From the NCBI GenBank assembly GCA_963663385.2, contig CAXXXD010000004.1:288001-352000 (forward strand): DNA of 64,000 nt, in the 5' to 3' direction. The position numbers and the translations under genes were made by a program. The stretch is from Oceanispirochaeta sp. (lineage in GTDB: Bacteria; Spirochaetota; Spirochaetia; DSM-2461). Numbering within the stretch: position 1 is the stretch's first letter; each line of letters opens with the position of its first letter. The notes below the pieces were generated by a model. The model was not told where the DNA came from and did no database searches. It saw only the letters and a program-made list of their open reading frames with translations. This document shows positions 52,884 to 64,000 of the stretch, in pieces.

Positions 52884-55694
52884 TTATTTTTCTGCCGGAT
52901 ACAGGATGATTTCCATATAATTTTCCGGATTAAAATACCGCGTTATCCTGTCCTGAAGAACTTCGGGAGTGTAGTAACCTGTCAGATAATCATTCGGGGG
53001 GATCATTTCGCGAGGCATATCCAGAAAATAGTTCCTCTCTACCCGGGAGAGCCAGTAGCTGTTCTTTTGCAGCTGTTCCTCAATATAGACTTTACGGGCT
53101 TTGGCCACATCGTCAGTAAACCGTTTTTCCGGGAGGTTTGTTTTGATATCCTCAAGAATCTCTTTTACCAGGTCTGTCAGCTCTGCAGTTCGTTCCGGAT
53201 CGCAGGAGAAGGATATGATAAAACTGTAGTCCTGGTAGGGAACCTTTGCGGGATAGGACCCGACTCCCGGTGTATATGTTCCGGAGGCTCTTTCCCGGAG
53301 CTCCTCATTGAGTATCATATCCAGAGAGTCCGTAACGGCCTGAAATACTTCAGTTTCCCTGTCGTTCCACTCCCATTCTCCTGTATAGATCATGGCTACA
53401 TAGCTTACAGGATCAATTCCGCTCTTCAGGCTGTCCCGGATTATTCCGGTGGGATAACGTACTTCCCTATCCACCCAGGAGTGTTTTGGTCCGCTGGAAG
53501 GAAGGGCTGCCAGGTATGCTGTCAGATAGGGTTCCAGCTCTTCAGGAGCTATGCTTCCGGTAAAAAAGAAAGTAAATCCTTCTGCGCTTCTGAACTGACT
53601 TCTGTAGAAATCCCATGCCCTATCCAGATCAAATTCTTTCAGGCGTTCTGCTGTAAGAGGTCGGCTGCGCACATGACCCTGATACAGGTTATAGGTGATA
53701 AGATCACTGTATTGAGTCATGGGATTGGAATCCCGGTTGGCCAGGTTGTTCTCCAGGCGTGTTATATAAGACTGCCATAGATCAGGATCTTTACCGGGAT
53801 CAGTAAAATACAGGTAACATAGCTGAAACAGATCAGTCAGATCTTCCCTGCCTGTGCTGCCGCGGAAACCGCTTGTCAGTTCATTGATTACCGGCATTAC
53901 TGTTGCTGTTGAGCCTGCCAGAATCTTCTCGATCTCCCGTTTGTCATACCCTCCCGCACCGCTCTGGATAACCGCTTGAGCCGCGTGTGTCGCAGTAATA
54001 AAATCACTATCTTCCGCCAGAGAAACACCGCCTTCTGTTACAGCTGAAAAAAGAATCTCATTCTCTTTAAAGTCAGTCTGTTTCAGAACCACCTTCGCCC
54101 CGTTGCTGAGTTCCCACTCGTATATATCAGGACCTTCGATATAATCCCTTTTAATAATCGAACCTGGTGAAGGAAGTTCGGACATTAGATTTTCCTCAAT
54201 CGTTTCCTCCTGAGGGGCTGTCGTTTCCATCTGTGAGATTTCAAAATGGATCCTGGACAGTTCTACAGGATTAATACCGTTTAAACCCTCTTTTTCAGGG
54301 TTCATTGTATAGATTACACGGTTTTCCTCAGTAAGCCATTCCCCGGCCAGTTCGAGGATTTCATCAGTTGTAATCCTGTCTATATATTTTTTGAATGTTT
54401 CGTACTGATAGCTGATACCGGGTGCGGGCTCCCTGTCCAGAAAATTCTGAACATACCAGGACGCTATCTGGGCCGATTCCGTATGGGTCCGGTTGTCATA
54501 GATGTTCTGGAATTCTGCTGACAGCTCTTTGACGGCCCTGTCCAGTTCCGTTTGTGTGAATCCATGTTCTTTCAGTTTTTTCTCTTCAAGAAGGAGTGTC
54601 TTGTAGCCCCTGTAGAAATCCTCCTCTCCAGTCAGTACTGTCATAGTATGAAACGATTTGTCCCGGGTCAGAGAAGTAAAGTCGACATAACCATAGGTGT
54701 AGGGAGGTTCCGGTTGATCCAGGAGCTCTGTCAGGCGGTTATTAAAAAGACGGATATAGAGTTCTTTTGCAATTTCCTCCCGGTAGTCCTCTTCTGTTCT
54801 AATGACAGAGTGGGGGAACTTGTTGAAAATAATCGCCGCTGTCCAGGTCGTTTCCGGATCGGACTGGGGAGAGTAGATTGTCTCCTGGTGGCAGGGGACG
54901 ACTGCTTCCTGTCTTTCCCGGGGGGTCGGAGGATTTCTGTATGCAGAAAATCTGCTGCGGATCATATTGATGACTTCTTCCGAGTCAAAATCTCCTACCG
55001 CAATAATTGACATCAGTTCCGGTCTGTACCAGTCCCTGTAGAAACGCCTGATTGCATCGGGGGTGCAGTTGAGAATCGATTCTTCGGTGCCTATGGGCAG
55101 CCGGTCCGCATAGAGAGAGCCGTACATTATATCGGCGTATGCCTTATCCATCATCCGGCGGGATGCACCAAGCCCTCTCCGCCACTCTTCGTGGATGATT
55201 CCTCTTTCATTCTCAATATCCTCTTCAAGCAGGTTCATGTGAAAAGCCCATTCCTCAAGAATCTGGAAGCCGGTTTCAAGGTTGTCCGGGTTATCCAGGG
55301 GAATCATCAGTTTGTATACAGTCTCATCAAAGGATGTATGGGCATTGATATCGGGACCAAACTGCATTCCTATTCCCTGCAGGTACTGTACCAGGTCATT
55401 TTTCTGGAAATTCCTTGTTCCGTTAAAAGCCATATGTTCAAGAAAATGAGCCATTCCCAGCTGGTCTTCATCCTCCAGTATGGAGCCTGCATTAACAGCC
55501 AGCCGCAGGTAGGCCCTCTCTTCCGGAGTACTGTTCTCTCTTACGTAGTATTTCATCCCGTTACTCAGGGTTCCGCTATGGAGAGCCGGATCCATGGGAA
55601 TCTCTTCCCTGGTCCCATTGGCGTAAAGACTGGAAATAAGAGAAAAAATGAATATAAAACTGTGAATTAATATGTAGGAACTGTGTTTTTTCAT
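52884..55694 (-). CDS. M16 family zinc protease (PqqL-like)
   Basis: HFLEHMAFNGT, NAHTSFDETVY, LSNGAKV. Confidence 0.92.
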   Translation of the reverse strand: MKKHSSYILIHSFIFIFSLISSLYANGTREEIPMDPALHSGTLSNGMKYYVRENSTPEERAYLRLAVNAGSILEDEDQLGMAHFLEHMAFNGTRNFQKNDLVQYLQGIGMQFGPDINAHTSFDETVYKLMIPLDNPDNLETGFQILEEWAFHMNLLEEDIENERGIIHEEWRRGLGASRRMMDKAYADIMYGSLYADRLPIGTEESILNCTPDAIRRFYRDWYRPELMSIIAVGDFDSEEVINMIRSRFSAYRNPPTPRERQEAVVPCHQETIYSPQSDPETTWTAAIIFNKFPHSVIRTEEDYREEIAKELYIRLFNNRLTELLDQPEPPYTYGYVDFTSLTRDKSFHTMTVLTGEEDFYRGYKTLLLEEKKLKEHGFTQTELDRAVKELSAEFQNIYDNRTHTESAQIASWYVQNFLDREPAPGISYQYETFKKYIDRITTDEILELAGEWLTEENRVIYTMNPEKEGLNGINPVELSRIHFEISQMETTAPQEETIEENLMSELPSPGSIIKRDYIEGPDIYEWELSNGAKVVLKQTDFKENEILFSAVTEGGVSLAEDSDFITATHAAQAVIQSGAGGYDKREIEKILAGSTATVMPVINELTSGFRGSTGREDLTDLFQLCYLYFTDPGKDPDLWQSYITRLENNLANRDSNPMTQYSDLITYNLYQGHVRSRPLTAERLKEFDLDRAWDFYRSQFRSAEGFTFFFTGSIAPEELEPYLTAYLAALPSSGPKHSWVDREVRYPTGIIRDSLKSGIDPVSYVAMIYTGEWEWNDRETEVFQAVTDSLDMILNEELRERASGTYTPGVGSYPAKVPYQDYSFIISFSCDPERTAELTDLVKEILEDIKTNLPEKRFTDDVAKARKVYIEEQLQKNSYWLSRVERNYFLDMPREMIPPNDYLTGYYTPEVLQDRITRYFNPENYMEIILYPAEK

Positions 55695-55839
55695 AGATAC
55701 GCCCTCCTGGACTAGTAAAAATTGATGATTTATTTTTGTATCCGGGATATAATCCTTTTATTCATTATCTATTTTAATGGATCGGTATTTAAAAAAATAG
55801 TAAGAATCGTTTAACAAATTCATTTTATTGGTGATGTTT

Positions 55840-57813
55840 ATGTCTATTAGAGCAAAATTGTTGGTTTTGATTTCAGTAATTATTTCATCCTTCATTGTTG
55901 TTATCGTCGGGTATTTCCTGGCTATGGCGCCGATCGAACAGATTCAGAAAGAACGGAATGTTCTTGATGATTTGCGGGGAAGGATTCTGAATGAGGAGAT
56001 TGTTATCAATCGTCTTCTCGGTCAATCCCCCTATCTCAGGAGTGTTGATGAATTCTATGAGGCTGTGGAGGAGACGAATAAGGTTTTCGCAGAAGTCGGC
56101 GAAATAGAGTATATCCGTTCAAAAAGCAAAAAAATTGCGGAGGCTCTGGATATCACAGTTCGTTTGAATCAAATGAAGATTGAGCGTCTGGAGGAATTCG
56201 AGGAGGCCGATGCCCGATTCAGGGACGCCGTTGAAGGCATTTATATTTTTATAGATTCCTTCAACTTTGTAAAAATCTATCAGGCAAAACGGTTCCGGGA
56301 AAATGCCGGAACCCGGGAAAATGCTCTGTTTAACCTGGCTTTGACTGATTTCCTGTCCCAGCACAGCATCTATGAAAATGTTCTGGACAGTTCTGTTACA
56401 GTTATAACCGAGCAGTTTGTTAACATTGACCGGGAAATTGAGAAAATCAAGCAAAATACCCTTCGTATCATTGGTCTTGTCAGTCTGGTTGTATTGATGC
56501 TGGTTTTTCTGGGCAGTTATTCCTTTGCCAATAAAATCGTTATTAATATACGGTATATAGAAGGCAGCATAAGCCGTTTGAAAGACGGGGATCTGACCAG
56601 TGTGGCTAATGTGAATTCCCGGGATGATCTGGCCCGGCTGAACAGCAATCTCTCGCTTTTTCAGAATACCATGAAGGGGATTATCGACAGGATAAAAGGC
56701 GTTTCGGATGAGAACATCAGTATCAGGGACAAGCTGATCGGTCAGGTGGAAGAGACGGAAGTAGCCAGCCGGAATATTACCATCAGTACCGATGAAATGT
56801 CTGCAGACATCCGGCAGCTGGATGAAACGGCTCGTGATTCCTATAGCTCTGTTGAAGTTATTTCCGAGAAGATCCAGAGTCTGAATAACAGTATTCTGGA
56901 GCAGACTTCCATGATTGAGGAGTCTTCGGCTGCTGTAAATGAAATGATGGCTTCCATTTCCAATGTCGAGCAGGTTACCAATAAAAAACTTGGCAGTCTG
57001 AAAGATATGGTAAGTTCCATGGAGAATGGAAATGATCAGCTGAAAGATACCTCTCTGAATATTCAGAAGATTAACAACAGCATTGATGCCATCAGGAATA
57101 TGATTTCTGTCATAGAGGATATTTCTTCCCAGACGAACCTGCTTTCCATGAATGCCGCGATTGAAGCTGCCCATGCCGGTGAGTATGGCAAGGGTTTTGC
57201 CGTTGTTTCCGATGAGATCCGGAAGCTGGCCGAAGCCTCCTCCATGAATTCCCGGGAAATCGGTACTTCTTTGAATGAAATAATTGAAAACATACGGGAA
57301 GCCACAACGTCCAGTGATACAACACTGACAACATTCTCTCAAACCGTAAAAGATGTGGAAGGCCTTTTTGGTTCCATGAATGAGATCAGTCAGAGCATGA
57401 TTGAGTTGAAGGCGGGGGGAGATCAGATTCTGACAGCCATGAACTCCCTGCAGACAATGGCTATCGATGTCCGTCAGGATTCTTCTGAAATGACAGAACA
57501 GTCTCAGACCGTTCGGACGGCTGTTGAAAATGTACAGGCCCTTTCCAGTAATGTTAACTCCGGTGTTCTGCAGGTTTCTGACGGAATCAAGGGAATCTCA
57601 GGGGCGATTTCCATTATTCAGGACATGACGGAAACCATCGGTTCTGTTGCCGAACGAATCGGAGAGGAACTGGATTTCTTCAAGACCATGATTGAGGATG
57701 AAGAGGGAATTGAGGTATCGGCAATTGATGACTTCGATTCAACCGATGAATTGGATACAGCCTCCATTGTTGTAGAAGGGCAGGAAGAAGATCTGAGTCC
57801 TGCAGAAGTATAA
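55840..57813 (+). CDS. Methyl-accepting chemotaxis protein
   Basis: Two [41 protein letters not shown]. Confidence 0.95.
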   Translation: MSIRAKLLVLISVIISSFIVVIVGYFLAMAPIEQIQKERNVLDDLRGRILNEEIVINRLLGQSPYLRSVDEFYEAVEETNKVFAEVGEIEYIRSKSKKIAEALDITVRLNQMKIERLEEFEEADARFRDAVEGIYIFIDSFNFVKIYQAKRFRENAGTRENALFNLALTDFLSQHSIYENVLDSSVTVITEQFVNIDREIEKIKQNTLRIIGLVSLVVLMLVFLGSYSFANKIVINIRYIEGSISRLKDGDLTSVANVNSRDDLARLNSNLSLFQNTMKGIIDRIKGVSDENISIRDKLIGQVEETEVASRNITISTDEMSADIRQLDETARDSYSSVEVISEKIQSLNNSILEQTSMIEESSAAVNEMMASISNVEQVTNKKLGSLKDMVSSMENGNDQLKDTSLNIQKINNSIDAIRNMISVIEDISSQTNLLSMNAAIEAAHAGEYGKGFAVVSDEIRKLAEASSMNSREIGTSLNEIIENIREATTSSDTTLTTFSQTVKDVEGLFGSMNEISQSMIELKAGGDQILTAMNSLQTMAIDVRQDSSEMTEQSQTVRTAVENVQALSSNVNSGVLQVSDGIKGISGAISIIQDMTETIGSVAERIGEELDFFKTMIEDEEGIEVSAIDDFDSTDELDTASIVVEGQEEDLSPAEV

Positions 57814-57835
57814 TCCATAAATTATTTATAAATAC

Positions 57836-57861
57836 AAAACCCGTCCAAACGGACGGGTTTT
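57836..57861. terminator. Bidirectional rho-independent terminator
   Basis: AAAACCCGTCC-AAAC-GGACGGGTTTT. Confidence 0.85.
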
Positions 57862-57880
57862 ATTAAGCCCTGCTGAATTA

Positions 57881-59344
57881 TCAGGAAAGACTTTTCATCT
57901 CGGTCATAAATCCGCGCAGCATTTTTCCCACTATTTCTATGGGGTGATTGCGGATTGCTTCATTGACCGCTATCAGTTCCAGATTGTCCACGTCCCGGGA
58001 TGCGCCTGTTCCTTTGCCGATTACATCGCTGTCCACGCTCTTCATAAAGTCCATCAGCATGGGAACGGCTGCATGAGAAAAGAGGTAGTTGCCGTATTCG
58101 GCTGTATCCGAGATAACCGCATTCATTTCATACAGCTTTTTCCGGCTGATTGTATTGGCGATCAGAGGCAGCTCATGGAGGGACTCATAATAGGCCGACT
58201 CGGGTTTGATTCCGGTTTCTGTCATTACTTCGAAAGCAAGTTCAACACCTGCTTTAACCATGGCAACCATCATAATACCGTTGTCGAAATACTCCTGTTC
58301 CGGGATCTCCATGGATCCGGCCGGAGTGGTTTCAAAAGGAGTTTTCCCTGTATCTTCCCGCCATCCCAGCAGGTCGACATCGTCTTTCTTCCAGTCTTTC
58401 ATCATGGTGGAGGAGAATTCCCCGCTCATAATATCGTCCATATGTTTTTCAAACAGAGGCCGGAGAATTCCTTTCATCTCTTCCGAAAGCTCATAGGCAC
58501 GAATCTTGTCCGAGTTGCTGAGGCGGTCCATCATGTTGGTAATACCGCCGTGTTTCAGGGCTTCCGTAATCGTTTCCCATCCGTACTGGAGGAGTTTCGC
58601 TGCGTAGTTCCTGTCCACACCCTTTTCCACCATCTTGTCGAAAAGGAGCAGAGATCCGGTTTGAAGCATCCCGCAGAGGATGGTCTGTTCGCCCATCAGG
58701 TCTGATTTTACTTCTGCTGTAAAGGAGGAGTGAAGGACGCCGGCTTTGTGACCGCCGGTGGCAGCTGCGTAGGCCATGGCAATTTCCAGTCCGTCTCTAT
58801 TGGGGTCGTTTTCGGGATGAACCGCAATCAGTGTGGGAACCCCGAATCCTCTTTTATATTCTTCCCGTACTTCTGATCCGGGAGATTTGGGTGCTACCAT
58901 AATAACGGTAATATCCTTTCTGATCTGCATCCCTTCTTCGATGATATTGAAGCCATGGGAGTAGGAAAGGCTGGCGCCCTGTTTCATCAGGGGCATAACC
59001 GCATTGATTACTGGAGTATGCTGTTTGTCAGGAGTCAGGTTCAGAACCAGATCTGCCGTGGGAATCAGGTCTTCATAAACACCAACGTTAAAACCGTTTT
59101 CCGTTGCATTGACATAGGATTGTCTTTTTTCTTTAATAGCGGCTTCTCTAAGAGCGTAGGAGATATCAAGTCCGCTGTCTCTCATATTCAGTCCCTGGTG
59201 CAGTCCCTGGGCTCCGCAACCGATGATAACAATTTTTTTCCCCTTAAGTTTTTCAACTCCGTTGAATTCGGAGCGGGAAATCATACTGCATGTACCCAGC
59301 TGGTCCAGTTTTTTTCTCAATGGCAGTGTATTAAAATAATTCAT
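57881..59344 (-). CDS. ilvC: Ketol-acid reductoisomerase (long, class II form)
   Basis: [32 protein letters not shown]; 487 aa. Confidence 0.96.
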   Translation of the reverse strand: MNYFNTLPLRKKLDQLGTCSMISRSEFNGVEKLKGKKIVIIGCGAQGLHQGLNMRDSGLDISYALREAAIKEKRQSYVNATENGFNVGVYEDLIPTADLVLNLTPDKQHTPVINAVMPLMKQGASLSYSHGFNIIEEGMQIRKDITVIMVAPKSPGSEVREEYKRGFGVPTLIAVHPENDPNRDGLEIAMAYAAATGGHKAGVLHSSFTAEVKSDLMGEQTILCGMLQTGSLLLFDKMVEKGVDRNYAAKLLQYGWETITEALKHGGITNMMDRLSNSDKIRAYELSEEMKGILRPLFEKHMDDIMSGEFSSTMMKDWKKDDVDLLGWREDTGKTPFETTPAGSMEIPEQEYFDNGIMMVAMVKAGVELAFEVMTETGIKPESAYYESLHELPLIANTISRKKLYEMNAVISDTAEYGNYLFSHAAVPMLMDFMKSVDSDVIGKGTGASRDVDNLELIAVNEAIRNHPIEIVGKMLRGFMTEMKSLS

Positions 59345-59497
59345 AATTGTTCCTCTTTTCCCCTGAGGGGATTCGGCTTTGTATTAAGAAAAAAAGTAAC
59401 CCGTGTGCTCCCGGTTGTCAATCAAAGTGCAGGATTTGGTAGTGGTATTTTCGAAAGAGGTTGTTGCAAAATGTGCAATCTGTTTAGCCGATTTTGA

Positions 59498-60757
59498 TTA
59501 ATCCGGGTTACCGCCCATCCCTACGCCTGCTGTAAACTGATAAAGTCCTGTTTCCCTGTTCCAGGCGATTGTAAACTGAATGGCTGGTATGGCGAGATCG
59601 TCTATAAAGACTTCTAAACCGACTCCCGGGCCATGAAAAGAAGTGCGTCCCGCTATATCCGATTTATAGTTGCCAAACTCATAAAAGGCTTTAGATGAGA
59701 GGGTTCCCCCCGGAAAAGACCAGAGGGGGATATTATACGCAGTGGAGGACGTGATGAATTCTTCGGCTCCTATTTTCTCCATGGGCAGTATCAGGCTTCC
59801 CGGGGTCCCTCCCAGTCTGAACTGTGACTGAACAGGCAGATCTTTCGAGTATGCTCCTTCAGCTGTGAGCAGAAGAAGGTGTTTCCATAGGGTATTTATT
59901 CCCCATTTTACCTTGTATCGGATGAACTGATAATTCTCGCTTTCTTCCAAACCCCAGTTCCAGGAGTAGTCTGTACTGGCCAGCAATCCGTATTCAAAGG
60001 GGATATCATAGTATACCTCTTTCCATTTTGCCCCTATGGATAAGCCGGTTGAATTCAGATCTTCGATACCGGTCTCTCTGCTGCTGTTTTTCCGCAGTTC
60101 AGACCGGTCGTACTTCCAGCCACCCAACAGGGAGAGTTTTTTATAAACAGGGGCATCAAGTTCAAGGGTCAGGCGGATATCATCACTCTGGAAGGACCTG
60201 ATAGCTTCTTCTCCGGTATTTTCGTCAATGGTTTCGTTCAGGCCCAGACTTAACCCTGCAGAAAACCCTGTAAATGTTTTCAGAAAATCATCATCGCTGT
60301 AAAAGGAGAGGAGGGACCATCCTTCGGAACCGAAAAAATACCCCAGTCCCAGTGTTTTATTATAGCCCAGCAGGTTTCCTTCAATCCCAAGAATACCGGC
60401 CTTCCAGGTTTCATTTTTTGAGATAGAAAAAATAGGAATAGGGATGAGAGTCCACCGGTCTTTGACAATAATTTCGATTTCGGCCATCTGTTCAGCTATC
60501 GTTACATTGACTTCTATATCGGGATTGAATATCCCGGATTCTCTCATCTTCTGGATAATCCGGGATTCGGTCTCTTCAGTATAAACAGCACCGATTGATA
60601 TAGGCGAAATAATCTGTAATGCCGTATTGGTTCTGGTCCGTTTTAATCCTATAAAACTGATTTTACTGATCACAATCTCCCCGGCTGCAATTGAATGAAC
60701 AAAAAGGAACAGAAATATAAAAAGTCTTGCTTTTGTGTGTAAATTGAAGTAATTCAT
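59498..60757 (-). CDS. POTRA + beta-barrel (Omp85/BamA-like) outer membrane protein
   Basis: Signal peptide, GLKRTR POTRA, KDRWTLIPIP, EGNLLG. Confidence 0.7.
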   Translation of the reverse strand: MNYFNLHTKARLFIFLFLFVHSIAAGEIVISKISFIGLKRTRTNTALQIISPISIGAVYTEETESRIIQKMRESGIFNPDIEVNVTIAEQMAEIEIIVKDRWTLIPIPIFSISKNETWKAGILGIEGNLLGYNKTLGLGYFFGSEGWSLLSFYSDDDFLKTFTGFSAGLSLGLNETIDENTGEEAIRSFQSDDIRLTLELDAPVYKKLSLLGGWKYDRSELRKNSSRETGIEDLNSTGLSIGAKWKEVYYDIPFEYGLLASTDYSWNWGLEESENYQFIRYKVKWGINTLWKHLLLLTAEGAYSKDLPVQSQFRLGGTPGSLILPMEKIGAEEFITSSTAYNIPLWSFPGGTLSSKAFYEFGNYKSDIAGRTSFHGPGVGLEVFIDDLAIPAIQFTIAWNRETGLYQFTAGVGMGGNPD

Positions 60758-60793
60758 TTTTGAATTATAGATTGGTTTACCCTGGAAAGCAAA

Positions 60794-60820
60794 AAAAGCC
60801 ACTCCTCTGGAGTGGCTTTT
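60794..60820 (-). terminator. Rho-independent terminator
   Basis: AAAAGCCACTCC-TCT-GGAGTGGCTTTT downstream of the ABC ATPase. Confidence 0.8.
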
Positions 60821-60838
60821 GCTTAAAAGAACAGGATT

Positions 60839-61942
60839 TTAATCTTCTTTGAAAAAGAGAGATCTTTCTGTTTCCAGATCAAAGAAGTGCAGTTTGTCAA
60901 TTCTGGGAGTAAAGTTCACTTCATCGCCTACATTTACCATAACGGTAGGCTCATTCTTGGTTGTAAAAGTATGAGAACCGGTATTGATATGAAGCATGGT
61001 TTCAGCACCAAGAGGTTCAATTACAACAACTTTTGCAACCATGTTGTTTTCAACAGGGGTTGTTGTAAAATCCAGATCTTCAGGTCTGACACCTACAAGC
61101 AGTTCTTTGCCTACGTAAGATTTCAGCACCTCTTTTCTTTCATCTGTAATGGTGACTTTCATACCTTCTTCAGTTACAACAATGTTTCCGCCTTCTTCGG
61201 TGACCTTTGCAACAGCCACGTTCATGGGAGGTGATCCAATGAAACCAGCAACAAATCTGTTAATAGGTTCGTTGTAAAGTTTCAGGGGTGATCCGATCTG
61301 CTGGATAATTCCACCCTTCATAACAACAATTTTGTCACCCATTGTCATAGCTTCAATCTGGTCATGTGTTACATAGATCATTGTAGCAGACAGTCTTGAG
61401 TGAAGAGCACCGATCTCGGCTCTCATCTGTACTCTCAACTTGGCGTCAAGGTTGGAAAGGGGTTCATCAAAAAGGAAAACCTTTGGTTTACGGACAATTG
61501 CACGACCAACCGCAACACGCTGTCTCTGTCCACCGGAAAGGGCTTTGGGCTTTCTTTCGAGGAGTTCTTCAATATCAAGAATCTGTGCAGCTTCTTTTAC
61601 ACGGGAATCTATATCCGCTTTGGGATATTTTCTGATTTTAAGACCAAATGCCATATTGTCGTAAACAGACATATGGGGATACAGAGCATAGTTCTGGAAT
61701 ACCATTGCGATGTCTCTGTCTTTGGGAGCTTCTTCGTTCATTCTCTTTCCATCAATGAGGAGTTCTCCATCACTAATGTCTTCGAGACCTGCAACCATTC
61801 TCAATGTGGTTGATTTTCCACATCCGGAAGGACCTACAAGAACAACAAATTCCTGATCTTTGATGTGGATATTTGCTTTATCCACCGCTTTTACATTGCC
61901 GTCGTAAATTTTCGTGATATCTTTCAAGATAACTTCGGCCAT
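60839..61942 (-). CDS. Sugar ABC transporter ATP-binding protein (MsmK/UgpC family)
   Basis: [37 protein letters not shown]. Confidence 0.95.
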   Translation of the reverse strand: MAEVILKDITKIYDGNVKAVDKANIHIKDQEFVVLVGPSGCGKSTTLRMVAGLEDISDGELLIDGKRMNEEAPKDRDIAMVFQNYALYPHMSVYDNMAFGLKIRKYPKADIDSRVKEAAQILDIEELLERKPKALSGGQRQRVAVGRAIVRKPKVFLFDEPLSNLDAKLRVQMRAEIGALHSRLSATMIYVTHDQIEAMTMGDKIVVMKGGIIQQIGSPLKLYNEPINRFVAGFIGSPPMNVAVAKVTEEGGNIVVTEEGMKVTITDERKEVLKSYVGKELLVGVRPEDLDFTTTPVENNMVAKVVVIEPLGAETMLHINTGSHTFTTKNEPTVMVNVGDEVNFTPRIDKLHFFDLETERSLFFKED

Positions 61943-62042
61943 AGAATACCTCCATGGGTTTATTTTATTAAACGTATCCTATTATAGAAATTCACATATG
62001 TCAAATTAATTCCTTAAAGGATCTATGGAAAGGATCTATGGG

Positions 62043-63254
62043 TTAGTGAATGAGAAGGGGGTCCGGATTGAGCAGAAGCCACTTTCTGTACTCTTCGCCC
62101 AGATCGGAAGATTGTTCCTCCCCTTTCAGAACCTTTAAGGTATGGGGCAGCAGCAACTCTTGTTTTATCCTTTTCCACTGGGGAACCGGGGTGGATATCC
62201 TGTCAAACTCTCCCGGATAGGGAATATGCTCTTTTAATATGGGGTAGGCTTTGGAAAAAATACTCTCATTGATGGTGTAACTGGCTGAAATCCCTTCCAG
62301 ACCAAACGCTTTGTCACGATTTCTGATAGTGGAATATATGAATGATTCCCAGGTATCCTTTTGTATAAGCCAACTGAGAAGGGCTTCTGCTCCATCGCTG
62401 TTGGGAGCTCCTTCCGGGATGCCGGCCGAGATTATCTGGGTGGGTTGAAGCCGCCCGGAAACAGTAAAAAGTTTGAAGGACAGCTTGTGAGTAATACTGT
62501 CTGTCAGCAGTAAATAATCGGAAAGCTTCATAATGCAGAATCCGATTCTATCGCTGCTTAGCAGCCTGTAATCCGGAATATACATGTATTTTTCCATAAA
62601 GCGCTCTATCTCAGTGCTTCCGGAATTATTCTCCTCAATCCATTGAGTCAGTTCTCCGGTTTTTTTCAGATAGTAATCGCCCTCTGTCTCCAGGAGGGTT
62701 AAAGTGGAGCCGGATCCGGCTGTAAGATAGGAGAGTATGAAATCGTCTGACCAGAGAGGAGAAAATCCTGTCCTGGTCAGATGGCCGTCGTTATAGCTGT
62801 TGACTGCTGATGCCTCTTCTGAAAGGGTTTTCCAGTCAATGTATTTACCGGCGGATTCCGTGGGGGTACTTCTGACGGCAAGGGGGAGTCCCAGGGAGAG
62901 GGGGATCAGTTTCAGTTCTGTATCAAGAATGCAGGACTGAAGAATCTCAGGGTAGATGCCCTGCAGAAATTCATTCGCCCTGTATTTGTTTAAATTCTTC
63001 ATTAATTCCATGTAGGCCGGAGCGTGTATATCCCGGGCAAGTATAAGATCTGTCGATTCCAGAGAAATGTTTTCCTCCGGATTGTTGAGGAACAGGGTTT
63101 CTACCGTAAAATCGGATTGATCCGTGTTAAATTGATTCATAAGGATTACCGCTTCGGGTATGTCCGTATATACCACAATATTGGGAGTGTCCTTTTTACA
63201 TGAGACAATCAGAACCGGTATAATAATGCATAAAGCCAGAATTTTTTTGGGCAT
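62043..63254 (-). CDS. Lipoprotein, extracellular solute-binding-like
   Basis: Lipobox-like IVSC after a hydrophobic signal; next to the ABC ATPase. Confidence 0.65.
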   Translation of the reverse strand: MPKKILALCIIIPVLIVSCKKDTPNIVVYTDIPEAVILMNQFNTDQSDFTVETLFLNNPEENISLESTDLILARDIHAPAYMELMKNLNKYRANEFLQGIYPEILQSCILDTELKLIPLSLGLPLAVRSTPTESAGKYIDWKTLSEEASAVNSYNDGHLTRTGFSPLWSDDFILSYLTAGSGSTLTLLETEGDYYLKKTGELTQWIEENNSGSTEIERFMEKYMYIPDYRLLSSDRIGFCIMKLSDYLLLTDSITHKLSFKLFTVSGRLQPTQIISAGIPEGAPNSDGAEALLSWLIQKDTWESFIYSTIRNRDKAFGLEGISASYTINESIFSKAYPILKEHIPYPGEFDRISTPVPQWKRIKQELLLPHTLKVLKGEEQSSDLGEEYRKWLLLNPDPLLIH

Positions 63255-63317
63255 GATATGAATGTATGTAAGTCATAGCGGGTTGTCAATAAGGGACTGG
63301 TAAAGGATAATGGTGCC

Positions 63318-64000
63318 GTGTTATTCAGGCAGTACAGCAGATATCTGAAAGAAAAGTATGGTGAGACGGTTTACCGGATCGGTGTTGACGGCGGATTCTC
63401 CTGTCCCAACAGAGGACCGGATCGTAATGCTCCCGGTTGTTCCTACTGTGATGTTTACGGGGTTCGTTCCGCTTATATCGGAGAAACTCTTCTGTCTCTG
63501 GAGGAGCAGATCCGCAAATCTTCTGCTGTTATGAGGCGAAGGTACAGGGCCGAAAAGTATATTTTATACTTTCAGGCATACTCCAGTACATGGGCTCCGG
63601 TGGATGATCTGAAGAGGATATACGACAAGGGCCTCTCTCTGGCAAACTTCGTAGAGCTGGTTGTCTCCACCAGACCCGATTGTATTGATGAAAAAATCGC
63701 TGATCTGCTTGGATCTTATGTAAGTGATGATTTTGAAGTCTGGGCCGAACTGGGACTTCAGTCTTCCCATAATAAAACCCTTGAACGGATAAACCGCGGA
63801 CACAATGTCAAATCTTTTGAAAAAGCCTATTATCTGCTGCGGAGTCGGGGGGTTAAAGTGGCTGTTCATCTTATTTTCGGTCTGCCGGGGGAGGACCGAA
63901 AGGAAATCCTGGAAACGGTGCGCTATCTCTCCGCTCTTAGACCTGACGGGGTAAAGTTTCATAACCTTCATATCCCCACGGGATCCCCCCTATATAAGGA
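63318..64000 (+). CDS. YhcC/TIGR01212-like radical SAM protein, 3' end outside window
   Basis: Manual translation gives YLKEKYG...DGGFSCPNR...GCSYC, YFQAYSST, STRPDC, ELGLQS. Missing from the ORF track because it runs off the window. Confidence 0.88.
   Translation, partial: MLFRQYSRYLKEKYGETVYRIGVDGGFSCPNRGPDRNAPGCSYCDVYGVRSAYIGETLLSLEEQIRKSSAVMRRRYRAEKYILYFQAYSSTWAPVDDLKRIYDKGLSLANFVELVVSTRPDCIDEKIADLLGSYVSDDFEVWAELGLQSSHNKTLERINRGHNVKSFEKAYYLLRSRGVKVAVHLIFGLPGEDRKEILETVRYLSALRPDGVKFHNLHIPTGSPLYK

Noticed and set aside
56119..57342. 407-aa antisense ORF, and similar long shadows at 3417, 7899, 19524, 26915, 35248, 53067 and 57944
   Set aside because: Shadow frames of well-supported genes on the opposite strand.
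63564..63971. 135-aa minus-strand ORF
   Set aside because: Shadow of the plus-strand radical SAM gene that runs off the window.

Overview
64 kb of a bacterial chromosome, most likely a free-living spirochaete (inferred from gene content and order). Most of the window is housekeeping or metabolic: nth-ispF-ispD-carD, nadE, uppP, ftsK, GTP-dependent PEPCK, oadGAB, ilvC, ABC transporters, two M16 peptidases, an MCP, a CHASE2 cyclase and a probable 6S RNA. The standout is an ~11 kb island (~12350-23712) between ftsK and a cyclic-nucleotide-gated channel gene. Its core is a replicon-like element: XRE regulator, two small paralogous ORFs, ParA, a CHC2-Toprim-P-loop primase/helicase and two tandem tyrosine recombinases. 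On each side of the core is an orphan Rhs C-terminal toxin + immunity pair. Each pair begins with a shared 82-bp Rhs-core repeat and ends with a 58-59 bp attC-like hairpin, a 107-bp direct repeat and a type II toxin-antitoxin pair. The geometry suggests a mobile element that integrates into Rhs core sequences and swaps toxin tips. This mechanism is an inference and was not tested. All calls are by-eye motif recognition; no database searches were run.
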